From contig JABDBZ010000003.1 of assembly GCA_013288385.1 (NCBI GenBank), positions 20,477-84,476 on the forward strand: 64,000 nt of DNA, written 5' to 3'. Numbering within the stretch: the stretch's first letter is position 1; the number at the start of each line of letters is the position of its first letter. Positions 58,078-64,000 of the stretch are shown one piece after another. The DNA is from Bacteroidota bacterium. Lineage in GTDB: Bacteria > Bacteroidota > Bacteroidia > B-17B0 > Aurantibacillaceae. The notes under the pieces were generated by a model, which worked only from the letters and a program-made list of their open reading frames with translations, had not been told where the DNA came from and did not search any database. A program made the translations under genes and the position numbers.

Positions 58078-58290
58078 GATCTTTAGGCTTTTTGCCATTA
58101 TTAAACTTTTTGCATTTGATTTATAATATGATTTAACTTCTTTAAAACATCGCAGGTAATTTATTTTATCATTTAATTGATTCAAGATGATTTATTATTA
58201 ATAATGCAAAACAAATACTCAATTGTTTTAATTATTTTTATTAAACCGGAAAATTAATTTTGCGAGGGGAAAAGAAGAAATTGTACTAAA

Positions 58291-58638
58291 TCAAACGCGG
58301 AAATTACAAATAGCCAAATAAAGAGGATTTGTGGTTTTAACCACAAGACTTTGGATATTTGTATAAGTAATTGTAGGAAAAGTGTAATTATAAAATTCGA
58401 GAAAAAAAGTCATTGAAGAAAGAGCAAGATCGAACTCTAACTCATTTTCATTTTCCTCAATCAAAATCTCGTCTATACTCGATTTAAATACTTTTTCATT
58501 AAAATGTAAGTGATCTTTGGTATGTGTTGAAATTTGATTTGAAAAAAAATTGGCAGAAAGACAAATGTTGAAGCTAAAAGAAATAAAAAAACTTATTAAA
58601 AAAAATTTAGGAAGATATTTTGACGTTTTATATTTCAC
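58291..58638 (-). CDS. Small hypothetical protein (signal, His/acidic tract, C-terminal LYLAICNFRV)
   Basis: 115-aa ORF upstream of and co-oriented with the efflux operon. Confidence 0.6.
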   Translation of the reverse strand: MKYKTSKYLPKFFLISFFISFSFNICLSANFFSNQISTHTKDHLHFNEKVFKSSIDEILIEENENELEFDLALSSMTFFLEFYNYTFPTITYTNIQSLVVKTTNPLYLAICNFRV

Positions 58639-58723
58639 GACACCAAGTTAGTAACAATATATGCCCAAAAGGCTTTTAAAAAATAAATTTAACAAATATA
58701 ATGATTAAACAACGGGAAACAGA

Positions 58724-59158
58724 CTAATCTATTATGTCTATTTTCTTGAAAAACATGCCATCCCCCTTCATTACAATAAGCACAGCCATTGCGGTTTCTT
58801 TGATGAGACTTAATGGCATCGTAAATTTCACCTCATCATTTTCAGCAATTTTCTTTTGGAAAATAATCTCTCTACTTCCCCTTTCTAAGTCTTGGAAGGT
58901 TATTCTTAATAATTCAGGGTAATTTTTGGTTCCAATCGTAATAAACTCTTTCGATAATAACTCTGCCCTGGTGCATTTGATAGCTTCATCTTTATCTAAC
59001 TGTAAGCCCAATAAAGACGGGGTTTTCAAAGTATCACCTGAAGAAATATCCTTTTTTTGAGGATCGTTACCAGCGCTCAAAGAATTAAACATAAAGGTAA
59101 ACCCTATAATGAACAAAATATTCAAAAACATGTTTATATGCTTATTCTTGTTATGCAT
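58724..59158 (-). CDS. Exported hypothetical protein
   Basis: 144-aa ORF with a signal-peptide-like segment; the true start may be the second Met. Confidence 0.55.
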   Translation of the reverse strand: MHNKNKHINMFLNILFIIGFTFMFNSLSAGNDPQKKDISSGDTLKTPSLLGLQLDKDEAIKCTRAELLSKEFITIGTKNYPELLRITFQDLERGSREIIFQKKIAENDEVKFTMPLSLIKETAMAVLIVMKGDGMFFKKIDIID

Positions 59159-59365
59159 TTTAGGCTTATCAATAATCTGCTAATTTATATAAAATCAGCC
59201 CGAAATCACAAAAACTTGATAACATTTAGTAAGCGAAGCATTTCAAATTACTAAAATCCATTTAATTGATAGCTGTAAATTCTCTATAAATCAATGATTT
59301 ATATAACAAAAAATAGCATTTGTTTTCACAATGGTATTAGGAGTTGAATGAGTGAACGTTGTCTT

Positions 59366-59521
59366 TCATTTTTTAATTCTATTCATGACATTATTAACCA
59401 TTCTGTCACAATAAACAAGATTAAATTCAAATATATCTTCAACTGTATACGATTTTTCAATCTCTTTTCTGAGCATAGTTTTAGCTCTATTCAAGCGAAC
59501 TTTTACATTTGATTCACTACC
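59366..59521 (-). pseudogene. C-terminal remnant of an ECF sigma-70 factor
   Basis: Manual translation GSESNVKVRLNRAKTMLRKEIEKSYTVEDIFEFNLVYCDRMVNNVMNRIKK* (region 4.2 helix), preceded directly by in-frame TAA with no start codon. Confidence 0.75.
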
Positions 59522-59579
59522 TTAAATCCTAACAGTGTTAAAGAATTTATTTAAGCTAGAGTTTCTTTTTTTTGATTTA

Positions 59580-60644
59580 TTAACGCGATGACTGTGCGTT
59601 AACCAGAGGCTTGGGAGTTGAAAAGTAATCTATTTGACTTTTTACTCTTTCATTCATTTCTAAATGAGCCGCAAGTATTAATTGGGAATAATTTTGAGAG
59701 GCCGATTTAAAATGCCGGGTCTCTGCGTTCCACAAATTATAAATTAAAGTCATGTCACCAACAGTTGGCGCAAAAGTTTTAAGAGCTTGTTTTACATTGC
59801 CAGAACCCGCATGGTAACTATGCATTACCAATAACCTAAACCAAAGATCTGACTCATTATAATTGGTAATACCAAGAGAATCTAACATTTGTCTTGTTTT
59901 TGGAATACATACTTTTTTAATCAAACTACTTGCAGCATAAGCCGAACGTTCGAAGTTTGAACGTTCATCCAAATGTCTATTTACTGTTAAACCAAACAAC
60001 CGTGCTACATCTTTCATTAATTGAAAAGGGCCGTAAGCACCTACATTTGATTTTTGCAATTTGTTCGGACTTTCAATTAATAAAATAGATTGCGCATACC
60101 AAGGATCAACATCATTTTCAATAAAGCAATTTATTCCTTTTTCAAATTGACTGGAAACATTATCAAAGTCATAAAAAAACTTTTTACCTGAAGTTACTAA
60201 AATGCGATGTGTAGAATCTAAATTAAATAATGTTCTGATACTATCTTTGAAAGATGATTTGGCTTCATCGGAAATGTTTATCCAATAATTATTATGGATT
60301 CGTTTAATCTCGTTTCTATATGTTGCAACATTAATAATTGAACTGTCTTGATGCAAATTCATTACCGTTCGCCAAAATTTTACTTGCGGCAATGTGTCGC
60401 ATCTGAGGTCATAAATCTGTTTATCAAAAACATAATTATTATTAAATTTATTCTGCGGATGACAAATACCAATAACGTTTGAACATAAAACATGTTCGTT
60501 ATCTAACTTTTTAACTTTCTCACTTGCCTTGGGCGATTCGCTTGGTTTGGTTAATGGAAATAGACTTTCAGTATAAGCAAATAAAAATTGCCGATAAAAA
60601 ACCAAGCTTATTAAAATGGTTAAACTAATGAATATGGATGCCAA
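59580..60644 (-). CDS. Lytic transglycosylase (SLT)-like protein
   Basis: LLIES....KSNVGAYGPFQLM, DER.NFERSAYAA and SYHAG.GNV. Confidence 0.75.
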   Translation of the reverse strand: MASIFISLTILISLVFYRQFLFAYTESLFPLTKPSESPKASEKVKKLDNEHVLCSNVIGICHPQNKFNNNYVFDKQIYDLRCDTLPQVKFWRTVMNLHQDSSIINVATYRNEIKRIHNNYWINISDEAKSSFKDSIRTLFNLDSTHRILVTSGKKFFYDFDNVSSQFEKGINCFIENDVDPWYAQSILLIESPNKLQKSNVGAYGPFQLMKDVARLFGLTVNRHLDERSNFERSAYAASSLIKKVCIPKTRQMLDSLGITNYNESDLWFRLLVMHSYHAGSGNVKQALKTFAPTVGDMTLIYNLWNAETRHFKSASQNYSQLILAAHLEMNERVKSQIDYFSTPKPLVNAQSSR

Positions 60645-60844
60645 TTGTTTCGCAGCCTTAAATTAATCATTTATTTCTGATAATGCAAGACTTATCCATT
60701 TGAATTCATTCACCCATGTGTGTTAAGAATTATGTTGACTTATACTGCTATATCGTTTCGTTTTCAATGGAACTTACCATTCGTTTTACGATATTTAGTT
60801 TTGCTCGATCTCAATTTATATTTACATTTATTATGTTAATATTT

Positions 60845-62808
60845 ATGAAATTAAGAATTGCGTTTTATATTTTGTTATTGGGTTCGCTTTCTGCTTTTTC
60901 TCAAAAATTTAGTTCTCATCAAGTCGCATTAACCCCAACCGCTTATCCAGAAACAAATTTTGATAAAGTAGCATATGCTAATAAATTGCATGAAAAATTT
61001 GCGAAAGAATCAAAATCCGACGACCTTGAAGATTATATCAAACAAGATATACTTTATAAAGAGTATTTCTTTTCTTCAAATCAAATTTATTCAAATTGGC
61101 CAGAGGCAGGTAACTACGTAAAAAAAGTATACCAAGCGAATTTAATACAAACGAAATAAAAATTTATGTCGTTAGAGACCCTCAGCCTAATGCTTATTGT
61201 GCAGAAGATGGAAACATTACTGTAACAGTGGGCTTTCTTGCATTAATTAATAATGAAGCTGAATTGGCCTCAACACTTTGTCATGAATTTGGACATTATT
61301 ATTCAAATCACATTTACAAAGATTTTAAAAAAACAACCAAAAATAAAGTTCTAAAGAGTTTTATTCGGAGTCAATCTTTATTAGGGGGTCTGCTTATAGC
61401 ACAGGATCAAAGCAATTATAGAAAAGATCAAGAAAGACAAGCAGATACTTTTTCGTTTAATTTTTTTACAAAAAATGGTTATTCACCTGAATCAATAGTA
61501 GAAACATTTACGCATTTTCAAAAGATCTCAAGTAAACACAAAAACCTCTACAAATATAGAAGTCCTCTCATTTATTTTTCAACTCATCCCACAAACGAAG
61601 AACGAATAAATAATGCATTATTAGCTTTCAAAAACAATTCTGTAGTTGGTAAAAAATTTTTAGTTGATTCTGTTTCTTTTTCTTCAATAAAAAAACGAGC
61701 AGTAGATGAAACAATTTACTTACTCTTTGAAAAACTACAATATGAGGAATGTTTGGAAATGGCTTACTTGCAATATTTGTATGAACCCAATGATGAGTTC
61801 TACCTTTTCTTTATTACAGAATGTTTAAGAAGGCAATTCTTAATTGAAGATAACTATGCAACAGAATTTTTTATTACAAGCAATTACAAATATCTTATGC
61901 CAACGCCAAATGATTTAGCTCAAAAACCAGTATTTCTCAAAGGTAAATATTCCAAAAAACTATCAGACAAAAATTTCTCGAAATCGATTTTTGCAAATTA
62001 TAAAAATAGTATTTATTCTTTATCACAATCAGATTTAAACAAAATAAAAGCTAAAGAACTTATAACAAATGATACACTTGAATTTCTATTTAATGAAGAT
62101 GCCTTTTATTATTTTTCTTCTAAAATAAAAGACTCCTCTTGTGTTTTTAATTTACAGCGAATGCTATTCGGTGATTCTCTGATAGTTAATTGTGAACCCG
62201 ACTCAAACAGAAGTGAACTTGAAAATGATAATTTGCGAACTATTTCCACTTATAAAACTTTAAAGGATAATATAGGCAATTATAAAAAAGCGCCCGTTAT
62301 TCTTCTCGATATTAATCTCCTAACAAAAAGATCTGCTATGGTAAATGATGCGCAATTGCGCGACGAAATATATGATAGCTATATTGATGCAGCTTCAACT
62401 TATTCAAGCGATGTGATTGACACAAAAAACAAATTTAATTTTCGTGAATCGAACAGGATCAAAAACATGGATAATTTTATGGAAGCTCTTGGTTTAAAGA
62501 AAATGTTTTCACAAAGCTCAACTAAAGTCAATTTTTTATCCATTTTTCCTGAATTTAGTTCTGAAATTGATAATTTCAAATATAGAAAACTAGTTTTTTT
62601 GGAACTTACAGGTTTTGGTGTTAATTCTTATGAAACCAGATCACGTTCAATGAATAACGACAGATGGATTGCCAGAATTTTTGTTATAGATTTAGTGAAT
62701 AAAAAAACTCAGGTATTCGTAACAAAAAGCGATATGTTCGATTTCAGAAGCAGAGAAATTAAGTTCACTTCCATTTTAAACCAATGTTTAAGAATAGTGA
62801 AAGAGTAA
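60845..62808 (+). pseudogene. M48 zinc metallopeptidase split by a frameshift near 61120-61130
   Basis: ORF1 has a signal peptide and ends at 61159. The -1 frame is open from 61114 and reads IKIYVVRDPQPNAY...GFL....NEAELA..LCHEFGH...E.QAD...STHP..EER. Confidence 0.75.
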
Positions 62809-62827
62809 TACAAATGTAATTGAGAAA

Positions 62828-64000
62828 TTATCCAAAAATTAATTGAAACACTTCTTCAACTTTAGTGGCACTTACAATTTCTATTTTGAAGGATTTTTTA
62901 TTTATCCCCTTTAAGTTATGTGAACTAATTACAATTTTCTCAAATCCTAACTTCTCCGCTTCACTGATGCGTTGTTCAATTTTATTAACAGGTCTGATTT
63001 CACCAGTTAAACCAACTTCACCACTAAAACAAATTGATTGCGGAATTGGCAGATCTTCATTACTGCTTAATACCGCACACACCAAAGCCAAATCAATTCC
63101 GGGATCCTCTACTCTAATTCCACCTGCGATATTTATAAAGACATCTTTTATACCCAATTTAAAGCCGCATCTTTTTTCCAAAACCGCTAACAACATTGAA
63201 AGTCGTCTCAGATCAAAACCGGTGCTACTACGTTGTGGTGTGCCGTATGCCGCACTGCTCACTAAAGCTTGTGTTTCAATCAACATTGGTCGGTTACCCT
63301 CTAGAGTACTTGCAATGGCAACTCCACTTGTTGGCGTATCTCTATTTGTAATTAATATTTCTGATGGGTTTGTTACTTCTCTCAATCCTTCTCCTTGCAT
63401 TTCGTAAATGCCCATTTCATTAGTGCTACCAAATCGATTTTTTGTTGCGCGTAATAAACGGTAAATGTGATTTCTATCTCCTTCAAACTGCAAAACTGTA
63501 TCCACCATATGTTCTAGCACTTTTGGTCCTGCCAAACTACCCTCTTTCGTAATATGTCCAATCATAAAAACCGGCGTGTTTGTTTCTTTCGCAAAACGTA
63601 AAAATTCCGCAGCACATTCTCTCACTTGACTAACACTACCCGGACTACTTTCTATAAATGTGGTATGAATAGTTTGGATAGAATCAATAATTACTAGTTG
63701 CGGTTCTATCTCTGCGATATGCTGAAAAATATTTTGTGTATTTGTTTCTTGTAAAATAAAACAAGTATTAGTTGTGATACCTAATCTATCTGCACGCATT
63801 TTTATTTGCTGCTCACTTTCTTCACCACTAACATATAATACTTTTAAATTTTTTAAACGCAAAGCCAATTGCAACATTAAAGTTGATTTACCAATACCGG
63901 GTTCACCACCAAATAAAACTAAACTGCCGGGAACAATTCCACCACCGAGTACACGAGTGAGTTCTTTGCCCGGAACGGCGATGCGCGGATAATCTAAAGT
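62828..64000 (-). CDS. radA: DNA repair protein RadA/Sms, 5' end outside the window
   Basis: GGEPGIGKS (read at ~63885-63910), YVSGEES, DSIQT, KNRFG and GEVGLTGEIR. Confidence 0.96.
   Translation of the reverse strand, partial: TLDYPRIAVPGKELTRVLGGGIVPGSLVLFGGEPGIGKSTLMLQLALRLKNLKVLYVSGEESEQQIKMRADRLGITTNTCFILQETNTQNIFQHIAEIEPQLVIIDSIQTIHTTFIESSPGSVSQVRECAAEFLRFAKETNTPVFMIGHITKEGSLAGPKVLEHMVDTVLQFEGDRNHIYRLLRATKNRFGSTNEMGIYEMQGEGLREVTNPSEILITNRDTPTSGVAIASTLEGNRPMLIETQALVSSAAYGTPQRSSTGFDLRRLSMLLAVLEKRCGFKLGIKDVFINIAGGIRVEDPGIDLALVCAVLSSNEDLPIPQSICFSGEVGLTGEIRPVNKIEQRISEAEKLGFEKIVISSHNLKGINKKSFKIEIVSATKVEEVFQLIFG

Noticed and set aside
57950-58200. NiCo, yybP-ykoY or c-di-GMP riboswitch, and the 64-aa ORF 57991-58185
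   Set aside because: The conserved cores are not visible and only a simple hairpin is supported. The ORF has a TTG start and no recognisable features.
60716-60844. N-terminal 43 aa of ORF 60716-61159
   Set aside because: The signal peptide begins at ATG 60845; the upstream part is probably non-coding.
2226-63992. The remaining short antisense ORFs in the track (e.g. 2226, 3067, 27145, 34126, 46093, 62865)
   Set aside because: They overlap well-supported genes, mostly on the opposite strand, and carry no independent motifs.

Overview
AT-rich Bacteroidota chromosomal segment, judged from T9SS C-terminal domains, TAnnTTTG-type promoters and Flavo-1-like RNAs. Housekeeping genes: mqnA (partial), purM, lysS, rodA-mrdA-mreDCB, purH, PIN-PhoH and radA (partial). 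It also holds an accessory region at 8-13 kb with an integron-cassette-like gene, a 12-gene minus-strand sulfate-assimilation operon (16.5-31.5 kb), a furan/methylated fatty-acid-type lipid cluster, an Rrf2 regulator and a Czc-type RND efflux system. The strongest unannotated signal is a sulfur-sensing control system. Two Cys/Met-run leader peptides below the ORF-track cut-off are present. One heads the operon with a terminator/antiterminator pair; the other lies inside it, between sulfite reductase and cobA. A palindrome is shared between the Rrf2 promoter and the operon's upstream region, and the first five operon proteins are strongly depleted in Cys/Met. A family of ~25-nt REP-like palindromes appears to insert into other repeats, hairpins and, in frame, into a gene; an unrelated 21-nt palindrome sits in frame in the gamma-carbonic anhydrase gene. 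No tRNA, rRNA, transposase, integrase or CRISPR-Cas locus was seen. All family assignments are by eye; no searches were run.
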